A stretch of 64,000 nucleotides of DNA from Azolla caroliniana. Taxonomy: Eukaryota; Plantae; Polypodiophyta. Location of the stretch: the NCBI GenBank assembly GCA_043228905.1, contig JBHGNT010000001.1, positions 10,912,001 through 10,976,000 of the forward strand, written 5' to 3'. Position numbers and translations under genes: made by a program. The notes beneath the pieces are model-generated. The model did no database searches, had not been told where the DNA came from, and saw only the letters and a program-made list of their open reading frames with translations. Shown in pieces: positions 49,219 to 60,600 of this stretch. Each line of letters begins with the position of its first letter. The stretch's first letter is position 1.

Positions 49219-50862
49219 ATGATCGCGGCGGAGGGCGAAGGCGAGCGGTTGGCGCGCTCAAAAGCCGCCGCGTGGGCGTGGTATCAGAGAAGCGCTGCCT
49301 CCCTGGCCCCCTCCATCGGGCGGTCGAGCGCGTTCCATGGCAATGGCAATAATATCTCCCCTGGTCTGAAATGTGGAGGACCCCGCCCGCCCTCCCGCTT
49401 CCTCCTGGAGGCCGCTATTGCTAAGCGGACCATCCCCCCGCCCCAAGATGAGCACTACTACGAGGAGGAGAAGGAGGAGTCGATGAAAGACGGCCTCCGC
49501 CCGAATTGGGATTGTGGGAGCTCTCTCTTCGACTCCTTCGAGCTGGTGGCCATGTCCAACACCATCGACCTCGGCTGCACAGCCGTCCCCCCCCCACCAC
49601 CATCACTATCCGATGAAGAAGAAGAAGATCGACGGCCTTCCGACTCCGCCCAACCCCATGAGCCATCCTGCTCGTCCATTTTACATCCCACCTCCCTACT
49701 ACCACCCATGCCACCACCACCTCCACTACTCGACATTCTCAACCCCAACCCTAAACCTAACCCTAACCCTAACCCTAACCCTCCGCCTGCAGCAGCAGCT
49801 GCTGCTACCACCACAGAAGCCTCTCATCGCACCCGCCATCGCCATCAACGGCCTCCTCGCCATCCCCAGCAGAGCAGCAGGTATGGCCACCTCGCCCATT
49901 TCACTAGTTGTAGCGCCGCCGCCGCCAATTTGGTGGCGAAACCTCGCCCCGCTAGCGGCGGCGGCGGCGGCGGCGGTTCTAACCTCAACGTGGTTTCGCT
50001 TCACAGCTTATCCAGAGCTTTCCATAACCACATCTCCCACTCCTTCCACAGCCTCTCCAATTCCTTCCACCACTCGTCGCGCCTCCATAACCACCATCAC
50101 CACTCTGAGCCGGACTACCACAGCTTCGAACGCCATAGCGAGCGCTACAGTAGCTACCAGCAGCAGCAGTCTGCTGACCCTCCCAAGCCCCGCCACTACT
50201 CTCAGAAAGAAGGACAGCACAGCAGTTATCGGCAAACATCAGATGATGAGGACGAGATTCGCCCTGAGGACGTCCATAGCAGCCGACGCCCCTCCCAATC
50301 GTCTGACGGAGATGACGGCGCTGACAACAGTCATACCCGACGGCGGAGGCGGAGGCGGCGGCGCCATGGTTTGTCGAAAGATGCGGATCACCATAGCAGA
50401 CCAAGACGGCATCATGGCCACCGTAATTCACAGGTGAGGCATGCCGGGGTGTTGTCGCTCCCTGATCAGGAGCCGATACCCGATGTCTTGCTTTACGAGA
50501 AGGTGGATGTGGAGCAACAGATCGTGGAGGAAGCAGATCATCTCCACATTCACCATCACCATCACCACCACTATCACTACGTCCTGCACACCAATGATGA
50601 TGGCAGGCGGCGGCCTGATCTGGACTATAAGCCATCAGACGTCGCCAAATTCCTGGCGGCGGCGGCGGCGGGGGCGCCTGCAGGATTTGTGAAGCCGCAA
50701 TTGACGTTGAAGCCTGCATCCCCGCGATCGGAAAAGGCGGCGTCCTCCGACTCCGACAAGAGTGGACGGAAGCTCGCCGATTTCTTGCCTTCGTTACACC
50801 AAACAACTCAAGACAGAGGCCAGAAGTTAGGGCCCAAGGTCCATTACTATTATTCCCAATGA
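49219..50862 (+). CDS. Intronless 547-aa plant protein of unknown function with Pro/His/Arg-rich low-complexity regions
   Basis: Long GC-rich ORF with motifs KAAAWAWYQ, PSRF..EA and WDCGSSLFDSFEL, recalled from uncharacterised land-plant proteins. CT-rich leader; (ACAT)n after the stop. Confidence 0.8.
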   Translation: MIAAEGEGERLARSKAAAWAWYQRSAASLAPSIGRSSAFHGNGNNISPGLKCGGPRPPSRFLLEAAIAKRTIPPPQDEHYYEEEKEESMKDGLRPNWDCGSSLFDSFELVAMSNTIDLGCTAVPPPPPSLSDEEEEDRRPSDSAQPHEPSCSSILHPTSLLPPMPPPPPLLDILNPNPKPNPNPNPNPPPAAAAAATTTEASHRTRHRHQRPPRHPQQSSRYGHLAHFTSCSAAAANLVAKPRPASGGGGGGGSNLNVVSLHSLSRAFHNHISHSFHSLSNSFHHSSRLHNHHHHSEPDYHSFERHSERYSSYQQQQSADPPKPRHYSQKEGQHSSYRQTSDDEDEIRPEDVHSSRRPSQSSDGDDGADNSHTRRRRRRRRRHGLSKDADHHSRPRRHHGHRNSQVRHAGVLSLPDQEPIPDVLLYEKVDVEQQIVEEADHLHIHHHHHHHYHYVLHTNDDGRRRPDLDYKPSDVAKFLAAAAAGAPAGFVKPQLTLKPASPRSEKAASSDSDKSGRKLADFLPSLHQTTQDRGQKLGPKVHYYYSQ

Positions 50863-53800
50863 CATACATACATACATACATACATACATACATTACTCTC
50901 ACTCCCCCCCATGCTTCTGTAAATGTTATATGTTGTAAAATGCTTCAATATTTCGAAGATCTTAAAACATACATGTCTCATTTCCTTTTTGTTGGATGCT
51001 CCCATCCATTATTCATCAATATAACTTATCCTCGTAGTTAATCAAGTCTGTTGATGGGAGTTTGTAAACATTAAGGTTGAGTTTGTAAACATTAAAGTTA
51101 TCCCAACATTCACCAACAAGTCACGGTGCTATAATTCATCATCGTAGTCGCACCCAAAGTCTCCTATGCTATATGTACATATTTATAGAGGGGGGATCTT
51201 TAAATGTTACAAGCCAATAGACATCATTTCCCTTGCAAAACGTGTTTTAAGTGATCTAATATCCACCATACAATTCATGCTAGTTTTCATCACCAGATAT
51301 TGGATATAAGAAAATTTAGTAAATGCCAAGACACAGTTGTCTCTATAAATTGTGACAAAAATTATATAATTGATGTTCTACCAATATTGTTTGTATTGGA
51401 TGGTTGGAGCCTTCTTGATGGCTTCTCATATCTGTATGGTTTTTTTTTTCTTCAAAGATTTTCCTCAGTAGTATTAAAAAAAGACATGTAAATGCTACAA
51501 CGTAAGCTTGTGTGCCCAAAAAGCTTACAATTTTCCATGTACAATGATATACTATAATCCTAAGACCGAAGATAGAACTTTGTAAAAGGTATTGAAATTT
51601 GTTGTTGCACTCTGCTGTGATTCACTGATATTCAAGAAAGGATCCATGGGACTTTATAGTTCCATCGAGGCCCTTGAGTTGACTTTGTAAGCTGGGGTAA
51701 CTTTTTCCCTAACTGAAGGAGCTTCTTCTTTCTCTTGTTCATAGTCTCTCTGGTGAACCCTTAAATTGTATGGGTTCTTAACATTTTTTCCATAACTTTT
51801 TCCATTTGTATGGGTTCTTAACATGTCCTTGATACATATTAAAGGGGAGAGGCGTTGCATTGTATGAATTACATGTCAGAAGTTCATATTGCCATTAGGC
51901 ATCATTAGTTTAGAGAAAAATGGCGTACAATAGAAAATAGAGACCTCATTAGCAAAATTGGGCGAAGTTTCAATTTCACCACTTTTTTTGTTCTTGTGTC
52001 TTCCTAATTTCTCTACTTTTCATTGCCTAGGCAACGTCAAGTGCATGCCATATAGTTTGACCACTTTTGGTTGTTGTGCCTTCCCAATTTCTCTCATTTT
52101 CATCACCTAGGCAATATCAAGTGCATGCCAGAGAAACACTAGGATATGAGAATTGGAAGCAATAAAGCACTCGTAAAGCATGACCAATGACATACGCTTC
52201 TTTGTGTGGATGGCATCGAATGAATGAGGCTTCCATAAATGTCAAATCATGCAAATGACCTAAGCTCTATTTAACATAAGTGGACAAGGAATGATGTGAA
52301 TCTAGAAGACATTTGAGCAAAGTCATCTATAAACGTTAGAAGAATATAACTTCTCCACACATAATTTGGAAATCCTGAGAGCTTGACATCAACTTTCAAG
52401 TTTATGTATTTGAAGGACGGTGTGAACTAAATTGCACTTTATTCATTGGGAAATGATTAAGTGCTTTAGCTTGGATCTAGAATTTCCCAAGCATTTTGCA
52501 CATTGTATGTTGCAAAAGGGCATCACACGATGTGTGATTCCAAAGAGGAGAAACATTTGCAAGATGTGGTAAAAGGTCATTTTTTGTCTCAATTCAAATT
52601 GTATCATAAATAGCACATGCAAGTGTAAATTCCAAGCACCAAATAATTCCATTTATTAACATATAAGTAATAGAGAATTCAATGGTATAGTAACAAAGAC
52701 TTCAATTGTATAACTACAACTATAAAGTATCAAGAAAATATTTAGATTTCCTTCATGCAAAAATATGTGGCACCTAACATGTTCTCAATTGATGAATAAT
52801 ATGCCAACATGTTTAATGTCATGGATTCATTATGTACACATGCTTTACATGTTCTTCTTTTGTGATATTCCTATAGTGTGGTGCACACTAGATGTCCAAC
52901 CATGACCCTAAGAGGAGGTCAAACTAGTGTTTACCCTAATATTGGCGACACTTGTAGGCACGTGTGCCATTTTTAAGCTTAATAACACTTAATGCTAACT
53001 ACTAAAGCAAACCTTAAATTAACCACACTTTATACTAATGAATAACCAAGACACGTTCATCTTGTTTAAAATGCTTAATCACATAAAAAAGTACAAGGAA
53101 AACACTTTATATGTGATACTTAAGTGTTGATGAGTTCATTAAGCAAGATTACAATGAGACAGAGAGTTGTGAAAACGAAAAGGTTTAACATAGACATGAG
53201 GAGATTGAGGACAGGGTAGAAAAAACTTCAAAGTTGCCTTTCATAATTCCCTTGTACATTAATATCCTTGGCCCTAGGTCCTTTCACTCGCGAGATCTAT
53301 GTCGGGAGGAGGGGCACACTAGGTGGGTGAGGTGTGGTTATGAAGATTTCCTTCCACTACGAATCATGCTTTTGTGGGTGGAATTGTCGACTCTCTAGAC
53401 CAAGAGGTGGATAATCAAGGAAAGTTACAAAGATGAACAAACAAAACAAAATAAAAACACTACACACATCAACATAAGGATGTGTGTTGTGTATGACATG
53501 ATAAGGATACATCAACATGGAAAACATGGTCTCTTGTGGTGTACCACTAAGAAACTTTAGAGCAAGCAGAACTACCATAACAATAATTGTTGTGGGAGTA
53601 GGGATGGACATTGGTGTAGACATAAAAATTTCTTGTAAAGGGTACATGCAAGCAAGGGATTTGGGGCATCAATTCACAAAAGAGACAAATCAGTTAGGGA
53701 CCGACAATATGAGAGGAAGAACTTGAATCTAAATGTATATAAGAAACATGGCATATTGTAAATTGTTGGGAACTACTATTTAATAGGTATAGTTAATGTC

Positions 53801-54930
53801 AATGGGATTGTAATGTGAAAAGGAACCCTTTAGGGTTTGCGCCGATATAAAAGGGCATGTAAAAAAAAGGCATTTGGTTGCTCTAACGTTGGAGTGACCT
53901 TTTGGTTCTCATTCTCCCATTTACATCTACTAATTGCCTCTGTTACGAGCATAACCATAACCCTAGTTGTGGGTTACTTTGTAAGGATGAAGGGTGAGGA
54001 TTTAGTTATCTCAATCCTATGGTGCCAGACAACTCACATGTGCCTCATTCTTCTTGAAACCCAATATATGATCCATGTCCATACACGGTGGTATGGGACA
54101 CAAGGGGGGGGACTTGGATCTTTCTCTTACCTTCACTAGGGGGTGGGCATGTGGATTAGCATCATTTTTTCCTTCTTTTCCTCTTTAATTTTGCTTAGCA
54201 TTAATTAAGATTCTGACTACCTGTTTCCTTTGAGGCTTCAATTTTATATCTACTTAAGAAGCATTTGAGGCTTCAATTGTTGCATGGAGTGGAGAGGTAA
54301 GTGCTTTTATGTGTTGATATATATGTGGTCTTTGCCATTGGGGAGTGACGTCCCCCCAATCCCTCAGTTATCCCATCAAGACGAAGGTGACCTTGTGAAA
54401 CTCGGTACTGACTCTTACAAGTGTACCTCTCCAAGGTAAGAGTTTCATCAGCCTTTGTGGGAAATCGTGATTTAGTTGTGTGATTCAAGCCAAGGCCGAT
54501 ATCCATTGGTTGAGGTGGAGGAATGGGATTCGAACTTGAGAATGAGGTAATGGTCAAGGGTGTTGATCATTTCAACAATGAACATGAGACTCATTGCTCT
54601 TGGTGGAACTTGAAGAGTGTCTCATGCTAGAATATCCAACCTCAAATTTCACTACTATTGAAGGTAGTAAATAGATACAATTTACTTATCAAGTCTCTTC
54701 ATCAATCTTATCGAAGAGGATAAAAATTTCGTATCCTCGATGTTGAGAACTTTGATGAATACACCCTATTTGAGATGAACGAATACTTACTTGCAAATAA
54801 AAGTTCTATTTCTTTGATGTGGGGAACCCGAATGAATTTTTGACAATGGGGGAGAGAGAGAGAGAGAGAGCCTCGATGGATGTAGTTTAGTTGGTAAGGT
54901 TGCTCAATGGAGATCAGGTGGACATGAGGG

Positions 54931-56960
54931 AGATAGATAGATAGATAGATAGATTGTATTATCGTATTCGGAGGTCAAATATGACCTATGAAACCAAAAA
55001 ATTTACATTTCACGTGATACGTGTGAAAGTGAGTAGCGACTCTCGATGTTCAAGAACTTTACCAATGAATGTTGTAATTGAGAGTGCATATTGTGGTTGT
55101 GAGACAAATTTGTGCAAGGATTGGGCTTGGTCGAAGATGTGTGGAAAGCATGGTTGAATATGATCAAAGGCAGGGCATTGTATCAAAGTGTGATACTCAG
55201 ACTCTCGAACTTGTTTAGGGAAAAGTGTACATAGTCGACCACTCTCATCACTTGTGCCCCAACGCCCCATCGCACATCACAATGCATGTGAGCTAAGTCT
55301 CATGGAAGAAATGGTTTGAATGGAAGCCAACAGAATGGGCTCTAACCTGTATCAATGTGTACAGTTTTCCTATTCCGCGAAGAATATGGTTTTGTAATGA
55401 CATGCAACATGTGTAGTATAATGTGTGAAGCATGACCGTCTACATTTTCCCCATGTCATGATACATTAGCATTACAAAAAGGCCTCATTTATAGAGGAAT
55501 CTAGTGATGCATCATGAAGCAAATGTGTTGCATCCCATCTACCAAACCACTTTTTCATATCTTGCATCCAACCGGAACAATTGTTTTTGCTTTTATGCGT
55601 CTTTTGAATCTTTTTGCTTGCTTCCCATGTGATTCTAGGAGATCGATGCGAGGGGCTTTTTTTAACCTTAAGCATGTACTCAACAACCCTTTCCATGGCC
55701 CTGATCTTAATGGGAAGTGATCCCGTCTCAAGGAGGAGGAGGATGTATGGCGTTTGTTTCTTAACTTGTAAAAACTTTGTAATAAAATGTTTTTGGATAT
55801 TTTCAAACTCTTTCCAAGTAGATTTAGGGATGCTACCACCCCATAGAGAAGTATCGGTGTCACCAAAGTGTCGAAAAGGCATTTCTTGAGGACCCAACAC
55901 TTAATATCTCCATGATTGCATGTGTTCTCAAATGCATAATATGCTCGCTTTCCTGCCTCTAAGTGATGTGTAGCACATTCATTCCATCTATGATTTGAAG
56001 GAACTTCAAGGTCAAGATATTTGAAGCATTCCACACATTCAATTGGCTCATTATTGTACATGATGCATAGCTTATCTTTTTTTTGGCTGTTCATAAGCAT
56101 AATCTTAGTTTTAGAGCTATTGACACTTAATTTAATATGCATGCAAAATTTTTCCAATGCCTTCATAAGCTTTTGCGCATCTCCTAAAGTATTTGCAAAA
56201 GGCACTACATCATCTACATATAACAAAAGCATAATGTAAACATTCCCAATTGCAACTTCTTCAACACCTTCCTTTTACAAACTTGGCAACCATGTCTTCC
56301 CATTCATCAATGCATAGACCAAATAGAGTTGGTGAGAGTGGGCATCCTTACTTAACAACAATAGTGTTATTGAAAAAATTTGAAAGTTTATTGCTCATAC
56401 ACACACAACATATAACATTCTCATATATTTGGGAGATTGCAAGCATATATTCACTTGGCACCTTGAGTTCTTCCATTCACCTCCAAAGATGCTCACGAGG
56501 TACCATATCAAAAGCTTTCTTAAAGTCTACGAAGCAACAATATAAATCTTTACCTCCAATGCAACTTTCTTCCATAAATACTGGAAGGATGACAAGGTGA
56601 TGAATGGTGCTATGATGTTTTCGAAAGCCAACTTGTACATAAGCTCTCTCACCATTTTTTTCAGCCCATGCAGTTATCTTTGATTCCATTATGCATCCTA
56701 ACAGTTTTGCCATTAGTGAGCCAACCATGATGGTTCGATAGTTGTTTACGTTATTTACATCTCCACCTTTATGTAAAGGTTTGATCCAATATGTAGTCCA
56801 ATTGTACGACATACCATGTTGCAATGCATGATTAAACATATCGTTTATCCATGTATGTGCTTCCTTTCCCATCCATTTGAGCATTTTAGCCTTTATACAT
56901 CGAAGATTGCTCGCCTTTCGAAAGGACAATTTCCTAAGTCCTATGCATATATCTTCAATT
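54931..56960 (-). mobile_element. Degenerate 5'-truncated RTE-type LINE
   Basis: KPLHKGGD..NYRTIMV, GFR..HST, FVDFKKAFDMVPR, LLYVDDVV, C-terminal RESEYHTLIQC, (ATCT)n 3' tail at ~54931-54953. Confidence 0.85.
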
Positions 56961-56961
56961 G

Positions 56962-56996
<35 letters not shown>

Positions 56997-57212
56997 CCCA
57001 AATGGATGTAGATCAATTGGTAAGGTTGCCCAATGGAGACCAGTTGGTCATGGGTTGAACCCCGACATTCCATAGTGGCATCTAGTGAAATAAGAGACAT
57101 TCCATAGTGGCATTTAGTGAAATAAGAGACATTTATGGAGTAGTAGAGAGGTGAGAAGATTGGGTTTTGAACCCAAGATATAGTGCTAGTAATGTAGGGT
57201 AAGCTAATTACG

Positions 57213-57215
<3 letters not shown>
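56997..57215 (+). mobile_element. tRNA-derived SINE-like element flanked by (GA)n; partial heads also at ~54875-54930 and ~57280-57325
   Basis: ATGGATGTAGNTNARTTGGTAAGGTTGCYCAAT head (A box) appears three times. B-box-like GGGTTGAACCCC at ~57052. Confidence 0.5.
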
Positions 57216-57272
<57 letters not shown>

Positions 57273-57651
57273 AGAGTGCCCATATGGATGTAGGTTAGTT
57301 GGTAAGGTTGCCCAATCGAGACTAGGAGCTTAAGAGAATAGAGAATTGCGAGGAAATTGGGTTTCAATAAAGTAAATCAAAGACATGAGATCAAATGAAA
57401 AAGAGAACCTGCTGACCAAAGAAGAAGTCAATATGTTTTGTATCTCATGTACTTGCGACGAAGTCTTAAGTTTGTAATGAAGAAGAAGAAGAAGGAGCAG
57501 TAGCAGAGAAATAAGAAAGAAGAAATAAGAAAGAAGAAAGTCGTCGACGACGAACGGAACTCTTCCCTTCCCTTCCGTTCCCCTTCCCGTTCCATGCTCA
57601 TCTCTTCAAGAAGCACACACATCACTGATCAGATTATTCTCTCTTTCCGCC

Positions 57652-60600
57652 ATGGATTCTGTCCACAGAACTTCTTATTCTTCCTCTGTTTCTGCAAAAC
57701 CTAGACTCGATCGCAGGAACGCACTCAAGCTTTCAGAATTCGAACCTTCGTCACCTCGCATTTCAGCATCAGCAGCATCATCATCATCGTCCTCGGGATC
57801 TTCTTCGTCTTCTTCTTCTTCACATCGCAGGCCTTTCTTCAAGAAAGACACTGAATCCACGAGCTTGACTCTGACAGGTGAAGATAGTGAGAGTCAAATC
57901 GACAGAATTTGTGAAGAACTTGGGCTCTCAGGAGGAATTGATGCGTTTTCTATACCACAAGATGTGTGGGAGGCAGGAAAATCAAGGACACATTCCATCG
58001 ATCGTATTACTTTGTCAGACTCAGGTTCAGGAAACAGTTTCTCATCTTCGACCACGTCTGGTTCGATGTCTGCTTCATCGAACGATTCTTTCTTCTCAGA
58101 ATCTGGTATTGTTTTTACCCCGTCTGGTTCTGTAGAGATCGCTGAAGGTCTTTTACCTGGGAGAAATCATGTTGTTTCTGGTGCTCTCCATCTTGCCAAA
58201 GATGAACAAAAGCATGTCAGTGAAAGGTAAGTTTTTCTGTCTGTCATTTTTCATTGTTAACTAAGTATATAAGAATATCTGAAGGAAGGTCATCAGAGGA
58301 GAGTTTTTTTTTTTTTTTGCTTTCATTTCCCTTTGATAATGAAACATGTAAACATCTCAGCTAGTATACAGTATATACAAGGTGTAGGTTTTTAAAGAAA
58401 TTCACATCTTTTGAATCAGATAGTCAACAATGTGCGGTATTTTAAAAGATAGGTCTTAAGAAGAGAGAAAAACTGTTTGATGAGAGATTGATAGCTTTCC
58501 AAAGGCTAGTTAGGACACCGATTTCAATAGTGTCCTATATGGCTGTTGGGGAGGGGAGCTTTATAGGAGAATGAACACCTACTTTGAGAAGTTGATAGCT
58601 GTCAGAAAAGCTAGTAAAGATGAGTAGAGGATGCATCCACCTATTTTCTTACTTGATTCCAGCATTTTCACAGGATAACTAGGGAAATTGAGCATTCGAT
58701 GCAACATGAAACTTCACTTCCTGCACCTCCAGTCCTACGTAAACCACTTCCTGATGCTACCTCTGCTGAATATGAAATGGAGGAATTGATAATAGCTGAT
58801 CTCAACCATCAACCTATTTCATCAGAGTACTCAACCCAACAAGGAGAAGCCTCACTTATTCCACCTCCAAACCAGAGCAAACCACTTCATGATGTTCCCT
58901 CTGCCCAGGATCTAGAGAAGGAATCCAGAATGATTGATGTCAGTGAGCAACCTGCAACTGTTTCAGAAGATCTAGAGAATTCTAGTGTTTCAGAGAGCAA
59001 TCTTGTTCGACAGTCTGAGGAAGAATTTGTGTTCGCATCTCAAGTTGTACAGCAAAATAAAATTTCCGCTGATAGAGATATCCCCTCTTTGGTGATCGAT
59101 CCAGTACCTCAAATTTCCCTTTCGCGTGTAAACATCACATCATGGAGAAAACTGGATATGCTAGGCAGTGGCTCATTTGGAACAGTATACGAGGGGCTTT
59201 CTGAGTAAGTTTTCAACTAGATTGGAACACTTTTGAGTATTCTTTCCATTTAATCTGTAGTCAGAAATTTTCATCCTATAATATTGCAGAATTACATTTT
59301 GAAATGCTATGAAGTGTTTCTTGTATTTAACCCTTTATACTATTGGATAATTACATTAAACATTAACCGTCAAAATCAACTTATTAGATGAGATGAATGC
59401 CATTTAGTGTTCAATTTCACTTTTCTTTTCCATTTGTTTTGGCTGATATATATCTCTAATAACGAGAATCCACCGACTCTTGTAGTACACCATTGGTAGT
59501 AATCACTTTCAGATTAGATCAAGGTAACAATGCTGGATGAATTCATTCTTCTTGCCCACTCCATAGTTTCTCAAGAATTTGTACTAGAAAAAGGATTCTA
59601 AATGTATCTCCATTTCACTACGAAAATGTACTATGAAAAGACTTCCTGATGTGTCTCCATTTGACTGCAATTAAATGGGATAGGATTCCTATTATTCACA
59701 AGAACTTTCATTCTAATGGTCGTGGATGCTGCTGGATTTTGGTATGATCCAAGATCTGAGCTCAGGGTATGTATTTGATCGAAATGGAAAATTGATTATT
59801 TTAAGCATGTAAAACTTAGTGCGTCTTCTCATTCAATTGCAGCTTGCTCAACTTCCATTTATCATTGCAGGGATGGAATATATTTTGCAGTAAAAGAAGT
59901 TTCCTTGTCAGAGAATGATAGTAAAGCGCAGCAATGTGTTTCACAATTGGAACAGGTACATGAAATAGCTTATACATTTGTCTTTTTTTTATGTCATCAC
60001 ACATCTAGAGATTTATGAATTAAGTTGTCATACCGATGTTTCATTTGTTTTTCCATATTCTCTCTCTTCTCTCTTCTCTATTTTCTATTTTCTATCCTCT
60101 GTCTTCTATTGTTACCCTGATGCCCATTTAGCATTCTGTGTAGCATTCTCTTTTCTTCTCTCATCACATTGCTATCATACTTTGTTTTTGATCCTTTCAA
60201 ATCTGCAAAGATCTCTTCATTGATGTTAGAAGATCTTAAACATCTGGGGCAATATAACATCATTCATCAACCAGAAAAGTTTATCACCCTGAATGATCGG
60301 AGAAGTGGCTATGCCAAACCAAATACAAAACCTGGCTCAATTTTGAAATCTTGATGTCTAGTATTTCTTGATTCCTCATAGCCGTCAACCACTGGAATGA
60401 TTCTCGCTAGGAAGAGTGCCCAGGTTGGCGTGATTCCACTTGCCATATTCTTTAGCTTGCATACATTTTCTTGGTGTTTAAATGTCCTGGGATATGCATT
60501 CCATACATTGTATTTAAGGAGAACATCAAAAATAGAATTTTGTGTATCCCAATCTAAAACCATTTTAATTGTGGATGGATCCGTTGGATACCCTAAGGAG

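Noticed and set aside
49258-50902. Long overlapping alternative-frame and antisense ORFs (49514..50437, 49985..50902 and others)
   Set aside because: Expected by-products of a GC-rich, low-complexity CDS; no recognisable motifs.
52100-54850. Possible decayed L1 LINE and an ~82-bp duplication at 51978-52130
   Set aside because: Too degenerate to support boundaries or domains by eye.
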